Of a stretch of DNA of 64,000 nt, positions 29,812 to 39,635 are shown one piece after another. The stretch comes from Acidimicrobiia bacterium. Lineage in GTDB: Bacteria; Actinomycetota; Acidimicrobiia; Spongiisociales; ZC4RG35. The notes beneath the pieces are model-generated. The model saw only the letters and a list, made by a program, of their open reading frames with translations. It was not told the origin of the DNA and did not search any database. The stretch's first letter is position 1. Each line of letters starts with the position of its first letter. Position numbers and translations under genes: made by a program. The stretch spans positions 200,760-264,759 of the forward strand of contig JANQOU010000008.1 in assembly GCA_028285585.1 (NCBI GenBank), in the 5' to 3' direction.

Positions 29812-30393
29812 CTACAAGTCGCGCCGCCGCATCGTCCTATCGGCTGCGTACCAAACGACACGAGAATTCTTCCAGATGCGTTCGCCACAAAAGACCATTC
29901 CCGCCTTCGAGATGACACGTCGAGCCGCACGATTGGAATCCGAGGTGACCGCTATGACCGTGTCAAGGCTGGAACAGGCGAAGACTCTCTCGACAACCGC
30001 GAAGACACCCTCAGTAGCCAGCCCGCGACCCCAATGCAGTGGCGATAGTTTGAAAGCTACCTCCCATCGATGTTGACCGGGCCAGTCGTCTAGGTAGTCC
30101 AGACCAATGTGGCCCACCCATGCGCCTGATCCGGTTTCGAAGGCACCCCATGGACCTGCCCCTTTCTTAGTCCACAAGTCGCAGTACCTATCAGAGATCA
30201 GCGTCGCCTCTTGAACCGTAAAACCACGACCCCCAGAAATGTACCGGACGACGCGAGGGTCCGAGACCAGATCGATGAACCGCTGAGCAAACTCAGGGCC
30301 CCACCTGACCAGCCGTAGTCGGTCAGTCTCGAAAGCCCTTGGCAGCTCGAAGCGGACTTGGGCAGTCTGCTCAGGGTGTGAGTTCACTGTCAT
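29812..30393 (-). CDS. GNAT N-acetyltransferase (RimJ/RimL type)
   Basis: ETDRLRL, HWGRGLATE, NRAARRVISKAGM. Confidence 0.85.
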   Translation of the reverse strand: MTVNSHPEQTAQVRFELPRAFETDRLRLVRWGPEFAQRFIDLVSDPRVVRYISGGRGFTVQEATLISDRYCDLWTKKGAGPWGAFETGSGAWVGHIGLDYLDDWPGQHRWEVAFKLSPLHWGRGLATEGVFAVVERVFACSSLDTVIAVTSDSNRAARRVISKAGMVFCGERIWKNSRVVWYAADRTMRRRDL

Positions 30394-31583
30394 CTGCTGA
30401 CCGCCGCACAGCTCTCGTACGTGCCCAGCGACACAACCCACTTCGCGGCTTCGTCCAACACCTCGTCGACGTCATCGAAAGGAAAGAGGTCGACCACTCT
30501 CTCATCTGGTTCGATCGGCCCGATGTAGGCGATGCCGTTTCGGTCATGTGGAACGCTGTTGGCTACCTGCAGCGATCCACCGTCAGCGAACTGAAACAAG
30601 CGAACTCCAGTAGGCAAGCCTCTGGTTCGGGATCCAAACGTACGAGTGTCTTGCCGACCACTGAAGCTGATTGCGAGCGCCTCGCCCGCGCTCGCTGTCT
30701 GGTTCCCCACTAATAGTGCAACTGGAGCGTGAGGACTCTTAACTCCTGCAGGTTCCGTGAGAGCAGCCTCCACGACCTCCGGCTCCAGGGTCGTTGGTAC
30801 GACATATGTCGTACCGGCCGGTGGAGGAACAGTTGTTGCGATTTCATCTAGGGACAGGCCGTTGATCGCCAAGCCTCCATTCTCGACTGACCATTGAAGC
30901 TCTATCTCGTTCCCGACATAACCAATGAACGTCTCTCCGTCCTCGGCAAGCAGCTTGCTCAACCCCTGAGCCATGATGGGCAGAGAACCTCCTTCGTTGG
31001 TTCGGAGGTCCAATACCCATCCACAGATCTCCCCACTCTCCTCGAGGCCCCGCACTAGGTCAGCCAGTTGTGACGGATACGAAGGAGTGGCCACGCGACT
31101 GAGCTGGGTCGTCCCTGGAAGGGTCAGGTATCCAAGTGAGCCCGAGTCGAGAAGGCTACCCATCGGGAGGTCAGTGAGTGATGCCGCACTCGACTCCCCC
31201 GGGCTTGTGGACACGGGTCTTCGGAATCTGGTGTGCCCATCGTCGAGCTTCTCAATCGCCATATCGATACTCAGATACGCTTCGCCGCTACGCGGGTGCT
31301 CACTCAGTCGGGAGAGTGACATTTCGCGTACAGCTTGCCAATCGATGTCGGTCGTTCTCCAGAACTCGCTCTCCAGCAGGCGGATGGCATCGTCCACGTA
31401 GATGGTGTAGTCGATGTCCGCATGCACCGAGGTTGAGGAAGGGGATGGAACGGAACCCACATTGACACCTTTGGAACAGCCTGCAAGCGCGACGCCCAAG
31501 ACGAGGATCGTCGTCGCAAAGACGGCTGTTTCTCTAGCCCAGAGTCGTTGCCTACGGTGCATGTTGTTTCTGGGGCGGTTCAT
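30390..31583 (-). CDS. S41 family peptidase lipoprotein
   Basis: Lipobox [23 protein letters not shown] catalytic Ser, PIEPD. Confidence 0.85.
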   Translation of the reverse strand: MNRPRNNMHRRQRLWARETAVFATTILVLGVALAGCSKGVNVGSVPSPSSTSVHADIDYTIYVDDAIRLLESEFWRTTDIDWQAVREMSLSRLSEHPRSGEAYLSIDMAIEKLDDGHTRFRRPVSTSPGESSAASLTDLPMGSLLDSGSLGYLTLPGTTQLSRVATPSYPSQLADLVRGLEESGEICGWVLDLRTNEGGSLPIMAQGLSKLLAEDGETFIGYVGNEIELQWSVENGGLAINGLSLDEIATTVPPPAGTTYVVPTTLEPEVVEAALTEPAGVKSPHAPVALLVGNQTASAGEALAISFSGRQDTRTFGSRTRGLPTGVRLFQFADGGSLQVANSVPHDRNGIAYIGPIEPDERVVDLFPFDDVDEVLDEAAKWVVSLGTYESCAAVSR

Positions 31584-31729
31584 CGCCAGCCTTGGAGCCG
31601 CGCCAGCGTCGTGTACATACCGTCGGCGCGAAACAGCTCGTCGTGCGTGCCTCGTTCCACTATTGCACCGTTGTCGAGCACGAGGATCTGGTCAGCCCTT
31701 CGAATGGTTGGGAAACGGTGAGAGAGCAC
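31580..31729 (-). pseudogene. C-terminal remnant of an ABC exporter ATP-binding domain
   Basis: [30 protein letters not shown]...GMY is the H-loop tail of ABCB exporters; no Walker motifs between it and the tRNA. Confidence 0.75.
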
Positions 31730-31853
31730 CTCGTAGAAAATGGGGTGCTCAGAAGATGGCGCTCGTGGGTCGTGTGTGGGGTGGCGGACCGTAGCCATCG
31801 CCGAAATCGGTAAATAGGACGCGCTAAGAAATGGCTCTGACCAGGGCAAACAG

Positions 31854-31927
31854 TGGAGCTGACGGGATTTGAACCCGTGACCCCCTCGTTGCGAACGAGG
31901 TGCTCTGCCAGGCTGAGCTACAGCCCC
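31854..31927 (-). tRNA. tRNA-Ala (CGC)
   Basis: GGGGCTGTAGCTCAGCCTGGCAGAGCACCTCGTTCGCAACGAGGGGGTCACGGGTTCAAATCCCGTCAGCTCCA; G3:U70 pair; CCA not encoded. Confidence 0.97.
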
Positions 31928-31957
31928 TTGCGGGATCGTGGATTCTACTGAGCAACG

Positions 31958-32069
31958 AACCTGAGGCGATTTGGACCGTATCTGGGCCGGTGCCCTGAAA
32001 GGGCGTGGAGTTTCTGGAAGAAACTCCAACCTGATTTCATCAGGCATTACCTGAGGTTGGTAGAGGGGG
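31958..32069. repeat. partial copy of a dispersed palindromic (REP-like) element
   Basis: AACCTGAGGCGATTTGGACCGTATCTGGG and ATTACCTGAGGTT match the element at 62231-62355. Confidence 0.7.
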
Positions 32070-32673
32070 GTTGGCGGAGGTCGGTGCGGAGGCGTTCTTG
32101 GACGATGGTCGCGGTCAGATCCGACCTGGAGCGCTCGACCAGGGAACGCGAGACATCGGTGGTGCGGCGAAGGCCGCTGGTCATCCCGTCTGGGTAGTCG
32201 ACAGTCGCCAGGCTGTCGACGATCTCGTCCATGTGGTCGAGCAGCGCCTCAGCCTCCTCGAGCTTCTCGTCGCGCAGCATGTCGAGCATCCGCCTACGCA
32301 TCTCCCCCACCGCCTCACCGAGCCCGTGCAGGTACGGCACCGGGTCCATGGACAGGTCCTCGAAGCCGGGGATGTCCTTCTCGAGGAACACAGCCTGGGT
32401 GATCCTGGCCTCGGCGTACTCCTTGGCGGCGTCGCTGACGAACCCGGCACCCGCCAGCTCGGGCTGGCCCTCCAAAGCTGCCCTGATATCGGACAACTCC
32501 TGTTCGGCAACGCCGATCAGTCTTTCGGCCTCCTCCCACTCTGAGCGATGCAGCGCCCTGATCGCGTTGGCGGAGGACCGAATCACCTTCCTCGATCCGG
32601 TGATTCCCTTCTCACGCGCGGCGAAGCGAGCGTCGAGGATTGTTCGAATCTCGTCCAGGGAGCCTGGATTCAA
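32047..32673 (-). CDS. translin/Trax family protein
   Basis: [63 protein letters not shown]. Confidence 0.8.
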   Translation of the reverse strand: MNPGSLDEIRTILDARFAAREKGITGSRKVIRSSANAIRALHRSEWEEAERLIGVAEQELSDIRAALEGQPELAGAGFVSDAAKEYAEARITQAVFLEKDIPGFEDLSMDPVPYLHGLGEAVGEMRRRMLDMLRDEKLEEAEALLDHMDEIVDSLATVDYPDGMTSGLRRTTDVSRSLVERSRSDLTATIVQERLRTDLRQPPSTNLR

Positions 32674-33107
32674 TTAGCGATGACCCGGATCTGAGGCTCC
32701 TCCCACTCGGAGGGGCGCTCAGCCACATGTGTGACCTTCATCTGAAGGTTGCGGCGCTGATTCATCTGAGCCAGCAGCATCAGATACAGCGCAGTGAGCG
32801 AGACGAAGAAGGCACCAGTGAGCAGCAGCGGCAGAGAATTCACATACCAGGCACCGACGAGGCTGACTGTGGCCAGGCCGCCCAAGATGAACAAGGCCCG
32901 CCTGCGGCGGTACTGGATCACGTCGCGACGGCTGGAGGCGAGATCGGATGCCGTCCGCTTCTGAACGTAGGCCATGGAGTGGGTCCAACGATCAAACTCC
33001 TCGGTTGAGCCCATCGCCTCACGACGCTCACCGAAGAGTTGGGGCACGAGATAAACAGCCCAGACACCGGCAATCACCAGCAGGCCGACTATGACACTCG
33101 TTTCCAT
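32670..33107 (-). CDS. small membrane protein, SepX/GlpR-like
   Basis: N-terminal TM ending WAVYLVP, then RRRR followed by two TMs; sits in the actinobacterial moeA-tRNA-Ala locus. Confidence 0.55.
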   Translation of the reverse strand: METSVIVGLLVIAGVWAVYLVPQLFGERREAMGSTEEFDRWTHSMAYVQKRTASDLASSRRDVIQYRRRRALFILGGLATVSLVGAWYVNSLPLLLTGAFFVSLTALYLMLLAQMNQRRNLQMKVTHVAERPSEWEEPQIRVIAN

Positions 33108-33168
33108 GCTTCCTATTAGCTCCGTCCCACGTCGAGCGTAGTGGTGGCGACCACGCCCGATCAACGAC

Positions 33169-33645
33169 CTATGGCCGCAGCCATTCGCCCGATTTCCCAC
33201 CCGCTTTTTTGAGAAGGCGAACGGCCTCGATGATCACGTCCCTCTCGACGCTTTTGACCATGTCATAGACCGTCAGAGCGGCCGTCGAGACAGCAGTCAT
33301 AGCCTCCATCTCCACGCCGGTCTGGCCCGTAGTGGAAACGGTAGCGGTGATCTGCACGCCATGCGTACTCGGCTCGACCTTTACTTCGACGCCCGAGAGC
33401 GAAATCGGATGGCAAAGCGGGATCAGATCGGAGGTGCGTTTGGCGCCAGTGATGCCCGCCACACGAGCCACTGCCGCAGCGTCTCCCTTGGGAAGATCGC
33501 CCTGGAAGAACCGGTCGGCCAGCTCCGGTGACATGCGAACCAAGCCCTCGGCGACAGCGACCCGCTCGGTAATCGGCTTGTCACCAACATTCACCATGTG
33601 GACTTCGCCCTGATCGTTGAGGTGGGTGAGATCGCGGTCAGACAC
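33169..33645 (-). CDS. moaC: cyclic pyranopterin monophosphate synthase
   Basis: LTHLNDQGEVHMVNV, LIPLCHP, TGVEMEAMTA, YDMVKS, KAGGKSG. Confidence 0.95.
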   Translation of the reverse strand: MSDRDLTHLNDQGEVHMVNVGDKPITERVAVAEGLVRMSPELADRFFQGDLPKGDAAAVARVAGITGAKRTSDLIPLCHPISLSGVEVKVEPSTHGVQITATVSTTGQTGVEMEAMTAVSTAALTVYDMVKSVERDVIIEAVRLLKKAGGKSGEWLRP

Positions 33646-34867
33646 CCTCGAGACCTCTCGTCTCCAGGGCGCGGAACAGCTCGAGAGTGACCGGCTTGCC
33701 TGGCTCGACATCGGCTACGCCCCTGGGCACAACCGCAAAGGCATCGGCGGCGGCCGCGCCGGAGAGAACGTTGGAAGCCTGGCTCCCCGTCGAGCGGGCA
33801 GCGAGAGCACCGTCTTCTTCGCTCAACTGGACCCTGACGAACACCGTCTTGGCGGGATCGGTCTCAAACCTCTCCCCTGCCACACCCTGAACCTGTGGCC
33901 GGAACAGACGACTCGCCCCCTGCATCGCGAGGAGAGCAGGGCGCACGAACTGCTCGAAGGAAACCGTCACTGACACCGGGTTCCCGGGCAGGCCGAAGAA
34001 GGGAGTGCCCCCCAACGAACCGAAGGCGAAAGGCTTGCCAGGCTTCATCGCAACCGACAAGAACTCAACCCCGGTGTCTTCGCGCAACACGAGCTTGGTC
34101 ACGTCGTAGTCACCCATCGAGACACCGCCAGTGGTGACGATCACATCCGTCTCCACCGCGGCTTGGCCAAGAGTGGCGCGCAAGGCGTCGGCATCGTCGG
34201 GGACGGTCCCGTAGTCGACCATCTCAACACCGACCTCGGCGAGGATCGCAGCCAGCATCGGGCGGTTGGAGTCTCGGATCTGCCCTGGTGCCAAGTCGCG
34301 GGTGGCGGCGGGCTGCAACTCGTCGCCGGTCGACATGAACCCAACCTTGGGTCGCTTCGAGACAACGGGAGTCACGGCACCAATCGTGGCCAGCACTCCG
34401 ATGTGCATCGGGCTCAACCGGTCGCCGGCCTGGAACACCGTCTGACCAGAGTGAACGTCACCGCCGGCAGGCCGCACATGAAGCCCCTGTCCTACGACTA
34501 CGGCAACAGTGACCGTGTCGTCCTCCACGGTGGTGTCCTCCACCCGGACCACCGTGTCGGCACCAGGCGGCATCGGAGCACCGGTCATGATCCTGATCGC
34601 CTCGCCCGGCCCGACTTCGCCGGAGGCAACAAAGCCGGCGGGCACGTCCTCGAGTATGGCAAGCACGGCACCGGCCTCCCTGACGTCGTCGCCCAAGACG
34701 GCGAAGCCGTCCATTGCGGAATTGTGGAACGGGGGCACATCCTCCGGTGCCGTCACCGGCTCGGCCAGCACCCGCCACAAGCCGTCGCGGTAGTCGATCT
34801 CCTCGGACCCGAGCCTGGGGACAGAAGACAGCACATGGCTGCGGACATCCTCGAGAGGGCGCATCAT
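33638..34867 (-). CDS. moeA: molybdopterin molybdenumtransferase
   Basis: PPFHNSAMDGFAV, IMTGAPMP, STGDEL, TGGVSMGDYD, GLPGNPVS. Confidence 0.95.
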   Translation of the reverse strand: MMRPLEDVRSHVLSSVPRLGSEEIDYRDGLWRVLAEPVTAPEDVPPFHNSAMDGFAVLGDDVREAGAVLAILEDVPAGFVASGEVGPGEAIRIMTGAPMPPGADTVVRVEDTTVEDDTVTVAVVVGQGLHVRPAGGDVHSGQTVFQAGDRLSPMHIGVLATIGAVTPVVSKRPKVGFMSTGDELQPAATRDLAPGQIRDSNRPMLAAILAEVGVEMVDYGTVPDDADALRATLGQAAVETDVIVTTGGVSMGDYDVTKLVLREDTGVEFLSVAMKPGKPFAFGSLGGTPFFGLPGNPVSVTVSFEQFVRPALLAMQGASRLFRPQVQGVAGERFETDPAKTVFVRVQLSEEDGALAARSTGSQASNVLSGAAAADAFAVVPRGVADVEPGKPVTLELFRALETRGLEGV

Positions 34868-35643
34868 GAATCCACCCCTCTGGTGCCCAACTCTTGTGTC
34901 GCATGGACCAGGCCGGCCGGCGAGCCCACGTCGAGAAGATCGGTGTCCGCGATCCAGCCTTTGAGCCTTCCTCGCTTTCCCAACTCATCGATCGCGTCGG
35001 TGAGCTGAATCTCGCCCAGCGCTCCCGGGCTCGTCTTCTCCAAGATCGAGAACACCTCGGGTGTCAGCAGGTAGCGCCCGACCAGCCCGTAGTTCGACGG
35101 GGCGTTGTCCGGGCCGGGCTTCTCCACTGCTCCGCCCAGGTCCAGGTAACCGTCCTTCACGTCAGAGGTCGGCACCACAAACCCGTACTTGGTCAGGTAC
35201 TCGTCCGAATACTCCCGCAAGCACATCACCGAAGTCGCTCCGTCGTTGCTGCCCTCCGCCAGCGCCGGGAGTACGTCCTGACCGGGACGAACGATGTTGT
35301 CGGACAGCAAGCAGAAGAAGGGGCGGTCGGCAACCATCTCCGCCGCGGCGCTGACGGCGTGGCCCAGGCCCAGCGGTTCCTCTTGCACCACAGGGCGAAC
35401 CCGGATGTCTTCCAACCCCGGCAGCGGGCCTTCAATGGAGAAGTGCTGGGCCACGAGATGACCTGCGTCGAGGTCGACCACGACGATGGCTTCCTTGGCG
35501 CCGGCCCGGGCAGCCTCCTCCACCATGTACTGGATAGCCGGGCGGTCGACCACCGTGATCAGAGCCTTGGGCACAACCCGCGTCGCCGGACGCATCCGAG
35601 TCCCACGCCCGGCAGCAGGAATGACAGCCACGTCGATGCTCAC
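34864..35643 (-). CDS. galU: UTP--glucose-1-phosphate uridylyltransferase
   Basis: IPAAGRGTRMRPATRVVPK, QEEPLGLGHAV, VEKP, GEIQLTDAI. Confidence 0.88.
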   Translation of the reverse strand: MSIDVAVIPAAGRGTRMRPATRVVPKALITVVDRPAIQYMVEEAARAGAKEAIVVVDLDAGHLVAQHFSIEGPLPGLEDIRVRPVVQEEPLGLGHAVSAAAEMVADRPFFCLLSDNIVRPGQDVLPALAEGSNDGATSVMCLREYSDEYLTKYGFVVPTSDVKDGYLDLGGAVEKPGPDNAPSNYGLVGRYLLTPEVFSILEKTSPGALGEIQLTDAIDELGKRGRLKGWIADTDLLDVGSPAGLVHATQELGTRGVDS

Positions 35644-36233
35644 GCGACGACTTTCTGCTCGTCTCCCCTGACCATCCGCTGAATGTTGCCCTTGTGTCGG
35701 AACACGACCAAGGCGATGGTCGCCAACAGCCAAGCCCAGGAGACACCCTCCACCCCTTGCCACCAGGCCAGCGGGATGGTCACTGCGACGGCTGCCATCG
35801 AAGCGACCGAAGCGGTGCGGGTGAGCCGTGTCAGCAACGCCCAAACGGCACCGGTGATGAGTGCGACCAGAGGCAAAGCGAAGATCAGCACTCCGAGCCC
35901 GGTGGCGACGCCTTTGCCACCGCGGAACTTGTGGAAGATCGGATAGCAGTGGCCCACGACCGCCGCGAAGCCGGCTGCAAACACCCATGGCCCTAGAGCA
36001 TCCGGCGACCCGGAAGCGATGAGACCCATCGCGGCGCCAATGACACCCTTGACGGTGTCGCCGATCAGGACCATCACGGCCGGGCCCTTGCCCATCGTCC
36101 GGAGCACGTTGGAGGTCCCAGGGTTCCCACTGCCCACCTCGTGAATGTTGATCCCGTGCATCCGTCCGATGATCACGGCGAAGTCGACAGAGCCCACCAC
36201 ATAGGCAGCGAGGAGTCCGATGGCGAGAACCAT
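35640..36233 (-). CDS. plsY: glycerol-3-phosphate acyltransferase
   Basis: GSGNPGTSNVLR, DTVKG, GHCYPIF...GGKGVAT, RHKGNIQR. Confidence 0.95.
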   Translation of the reverse strand: MVLAIGLLAAYVVGSVDFAVIIGRMHGINIHEVGSGNPGTSNVLRTMGKGPAVMVLIGDTVKGVIGAAMGLIASGSPDALGPWVFAAGFAAVVGHCYPIFHKFRGGKGVATGLGVLIFALPLVALITGAVWALLTRLTRTASVASMAAVAVTIPLAWWQGVEGVSWAWLLATIALVVFRHKGNIQRMVRGDEQKVVA

Positions 36234-36326
36234 TGCGCCGATCTTATTGGCTTGGCAAGGAATGGAAGAGGACGGGCCTCGGTTCTACAATCCGCCTGTC
36301 CACCTCACCCGAACGGTTGTTCAGCG

Positions 36327-36620
36327 ATGCCGACCTACGAATACGTTTGCAAGAAATGCGGTGAGAACTTCGATGTGCACCAGTCGTTCTCGGACAAACC
36401 GCTGAAGAAGCACGCCGATTGCGGCGGTGAACTGCAAAAGGTCTTCCACGCGCGCGGCATCGTCTTCAAAGGCGGGGGCTTCTATGCCACCGACTCCAAC
36501 GCCTCGACTCGCTCCGAGAAGAAGCCGGCAAAATCCGACGACAAGAAAACCGATAAGTCGGAGAAGAAGGCCAAACCGAAGGAGAAGGCCTCTAGCTCTA
36601 CCTCAACAGAGAAGAGCTGA
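36327..36620 (+). CDS. FmdB family zinc ribbon protein
   Basis: MPTYEYVCKKCG...HADCGG...IVFKGGGFYATD with Lys/Ser-rich tail. Confidence 0.9.
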   Translation: MPTYEYVCKKCGENFDVHQSFSDKPLKKHADCGGELQKVFHARGIVFKGGGFYATDSNASTRSEKKPAKSDDKKTDKSEKKAKPKEKASSSTSTEKS

Positions 36621-36664
36621 CCAAGCCTCTACAAACCTGCGTCGCTGCCCCGTACCTTGGCGAC

Positions 36665-37180
36665 ATGCTGTGGTTGCAAGGCCCCAACTGGTCCAGGTGG
36701 GCCGTCGCCGCTCTCCTCATCGCCGGAAGTCTCTGGGTGGAGTTGCGACCGGCTGCGATGACAGAGCACCCCTTTGCCACGGTGGAGATCGTCCCGGGTG
36801 ATGAGATTGACACAAGCAACACGGAGTTTCGTCACGTACCCGTCGGCACCTTCCGCCCCATCGACGGGTCCTTCGCCAGCCGTCACATCGCGGCAGGAGA
36901 CCCGATCCTCGAGTCCGATGTCGACGAGACCAACCGATCGGTCCCGGCCGGGTGGTGGAGCGTCAGCACCGATGTCCCGCAGGGGGCCAGAGTCGGCGAC
37001 CCCGTCCAGGTGCTCGTCCTCTCCAGCGGCAGGAGTGTCGACGGTGTGGTGACCGCAGTCGAGCCCGACGATCCCTTCATCGGCGAAACCGGGGCAATCG
37101 CCGTCTCACCCCAACATGTAACCGAGGTGGCGATGGCGGCCGCCGAAGGCCAGATCGTGGTGCTTGTCGCCGCTCGCTGA
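36665..37180 (+). CDS. SAF domain-containing protein
   Basis: N-terminal TM, IVPGDEI...ASRHIAAGDPI; syntenic with FmdB. Confidence 0.65.
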   Translation: MLWLQGPNWSRWAVAALLIAGSLWVELRPAAMTEHPFATVEIVPGDEIDTSNTEFRHVPVGTFRPIDGSFASRHIAAGDPILESDVDETNRSVPAGWWSVSTDVPQGARVGDPVQVLVLSSGRSVDGVVTAVEPDDPFIGETGAIAVSPQHVTEVAMAAAEGQIVVLVAAR

Positions 37181-37213
37181 AGCCGCCGGAGGCGGTGGCG
37201 CTACCGTGGCCTC

Positions 37214-37987
37214 GTGCTTGCGGCCATCGTCTGGGGACTCGTCCAGGGGCTCACGGAGTTCCTCCCCATCTCCTCATCCGGCCATCTGGTCATCGTGCCC
37301 GCCTACCTCGAGAAGCTGGGCTTCGACATCGCACCGCCAAGCCTCGGGGTGTCCGCCGTGCTCCATCTGGGGACGCTGGCCGCGGTCCTCATCTACTTCC
37401 GTGACGACATTCTCAAGGCGCTTCGCCTCCGCACCGACCCCGAGGGGCGGAAGATCGCGCTGCTCGTCATCGTCGGTTCGGTGCCGGCGCTGATCGGCTT
37501 CCCGCTCCGTGACAGCCTCGACACCTTCCAGGACACCGTCTCCAACGTGGGTTTCGCCCTGGTGGCAACCGGGCTCGTCCTGCTGATCGGGCAACGCGTT
37601 GCGATCGGGATGCGAAGGCTGACGGACGGCCGGCTGAGCGACGCTGTCTGGGTCGGCCTGGCCCAAGCACTTGCTCTGATCCCGGGGATCTCGCGGTCAG
37701 GGATGACGATCACAGCTGGCGGCGCACGCGGATTCGAGCCGACAGAAGCAGTCCGCTACTCCTTCCTGCTCGGCATCCCCGCTGTCGCCGGAGCAGGCCT
37801 CCTCTCTCTTCCCGAGTTGGTCGACTCGGGTGAGTTCGGCTTGGAGATGATCGTGGCGATGGTGATGGCGGCCATCTCTGGCTACGTGGCAATCCGCTGG
37901 GTGTTCGCCGCGGTCAGAGGCTCCGGGTTGACCCCGTTCGCGATCTACTGCCTTGCCGTAGGCGCATTGACAGCCGTGATCTTCTGA
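37214..37987 (+). CDS. uppP: undecaprenyl-diphosphatase
   Basis: GLVQGLTEFLPISSSGHL, HLGT, ALIPGISRSGMT, YSFLLGIP. Confidence 0.95.
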   Translation: MLAAIVWGLVQGLTEFLPISSSGHLVIVPAYLEKLGFDIAPPSLGVSAVLHLGTLAAVLIYFRDDILKALRLRTDPEGRKIALLVIVGSVPALIGFPLRDSLDTFQDTVSNVGFALVATGLVLLIGQRVAIGMRRLTDGRLSDAVWVGLAQALALIPGISRSGMTITAGGARGFEPTEAVRYSFLLGIPAVAGAGLLSLPELVDSGEFGLEMIVAMVMAAISGYVAIRWVFAAVRGSGLTPFAIYCLAVGALTAVIF

Positions 37988-38003
37988 AGAGGAAACGCGA
38001 CTC

Positions 38004-39635
38004 TTACTGGCTGTAGTTGGACGACATCCTCATCGTCTCGGCGATGTGGACATTGACCAAGGCTGGGAGGCCCGACGCCTTCGCACGTTCCAACGCGGGA
38101 CGGATCTCGTCGGGGTCATCGACGGACTCGCCGTAGCCGCCGAGGCCCTCGACCATCTTGTGATAGGGGCGGACACCGAGGTCCGTGGCGACTAGTCGGT
38201 CCGGGTATGCCATGCGATGGAACGTCTTGATGTTCGACCAGACCCCGTCGTTGCCGACCACGCCGATGATGGGCAGTCCCAGCCGGACCATGGTGTCGTA
38301 CTCCATCCCGTTGAAGCCGAAGCCGCCGTCGCCGAAAACGACACCCACCGTCTTATCGGGGTGGGCCACCTGGGCGGCAATCGCATAGGGAGCCCCGGTG
38401 CCCAGCGTGCCGAAGGGCCCTGGATCGAGCACATGACCCGCCGTTGAAGTCTGGAGCCATCGGGCGGTCGTGGAGACGATGTCACCCCCGTCCACTGAGA
38501 CGACGGAATCGGGACCGAAGAACGCGGCGACCTCTTTGGCGAACCGTTGCGGCATGACCGGCGAGGAGTTGTCGTCGGCCTCGGCAGCTGCGGCTTCTGC
38601 CTTCTCTGCCTCGCCGTCCATAATCTCCTTGGTCCAAACCGGTGTCTCGGTCCGGCGGAAACGATCGGCGTCGTCAACCAGCTGTGCCACCACCGTCATC
38701 GGGTCGGCGACCACCGCTATGTGGGCTGGGCGATTCCACCCGACCTTGGTGCCGTCGGCGTCGACTTGGATGACCGTCGCATCAGGGTTGATCTTCTCGC
38801 CGTACGAGGTGCGGAAGTCCCAATCCACCCCGAGTGCCAGCACGACATCGGCCTCACTCATGGCCCGCGACCGCTGATGCGACCCGAGAAGCGGGTGGCC
38901 ATGTGGCAGCGATCCCCGTGCCCGGCTGTTCACATATGTGGGTGCGTCCAGTGCCTCCGCCAGCTCAGTGAGCCGATTCGGCTCGTCCACGCGCGATCCG
39001 GCACCGGCGAACACCATCACTCGCTCCGACCCGGCCAGGGCTTCGACTATCTGATCCAAGGTGTCCCGGTCGGCACCGAAGCCGGACGACTGGCGATAGG
39101 CGGTGGGAAAACGGACCGCGGTCTCCTCGACCATGTCGAACTGGACGTCCATGGGCACGTCCAGAAACACCGGTCCGCCGCGCCCGTCGAAAGCATGTCT
39201 CACCGCAGTGGCGATGTAGTCGGCGAGGCGGTCGACCTGCCAAGCGGTGGCCGACCACTTGGTGATCGAGTGAAAGATGCGGGTGTGGTCCATCTCCTGA
39301 AGCCCGCCCTTCAACTCCTGGCGGATCAGGTGGCGGCCACCTAGGACGAGCATCGGGGTCGATCCATAGAAAGCGGTCGCAACACCGGTGACAGTGCCCG
39401 TGACACCTGGCCCGGCCGTGACCGCAGCCACGCCCAACCGTCCGGTCAACCGGGTGTAGGCCTCAGCAGCATGGGCCGCCGTCTGCTCGTGACGCACGTC
39501 GACGATGCGAATCCCCTCCTGAACGCAGCCGTCGAGGATGGGGAGGATGTGACCACCCGTCAGGGTGAAGAGAGCATCGACGCCTTCGTTCTTGAGGGCA
39601 CGAGCGATGATCTGCCCGCCATGTACCTGTGCCAT
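38004..39635 (-). CDS. thiamine diphosphate enzyme (acetolactate synthase/2-hydroxyacyl-CoA lyase-like)
   Basis: VRHEQTAAHAA, TAGPG, GDGGFGFNGMEYDT...GND ThDP motif. Confidence 0.85.
   Translation of the reverse strand: MAQVHGGQIIARALKNEGVDALFTLTGGHILPILDGCVQEGIRIVDVRHEQTAAHAAEAYTRLTGRLGVAAVTAGPGVTGTVTGVATAFYGSTPMLVLGGRHLIRQELKGGLQEMDHTRIFHSITKWSATAWQVDRLADYIATAVRHAFDGRGGPVFLDVPMDVQFDMVEETAVRFPTAYRQSSGFGADRDTLDQIVEALAGSERVMVFAGAGSRVDEPNRLTELAEALDAPTYVNSRARGSLPHGHPLLGSHQRSRAMSEADVVLALGVDWDFRTSYGEKINPDATVIQVDADGTKVGWNRPAHIAVVADPMTVVAQLVDDADRFRRTETPVWTKEIMDGEAEKAEAAAAEADDNSSPVMPQRFAKEVAAFFGPDSVVSVDGGDIVSTTARWLQTSTAGHVLDPGPFGTLGTGAPYAIAAQVAHPDKTVGVVFGDGGFGFNGMEYDTMVRLGLPIIGVVGNDGVWSNIKTFHRMAYPDRLVATDLGVRPYHKMVEGLGGYGESVDDPDEIRPALERAKASGLPALVNVHIAETMRMSSNYSQ

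Noticed and set aside
29581-31853. Integrase or transposase at the island edge
   Set aside because: No tyrosine/serine recombinase or DDE motifs recognised in the ORFs provided
31580-32047. 155-aa ORF from the track as a real gene
   Set aside because: It reads through the tRNA-Ala gene; only the last ~49 codons are ABC-like
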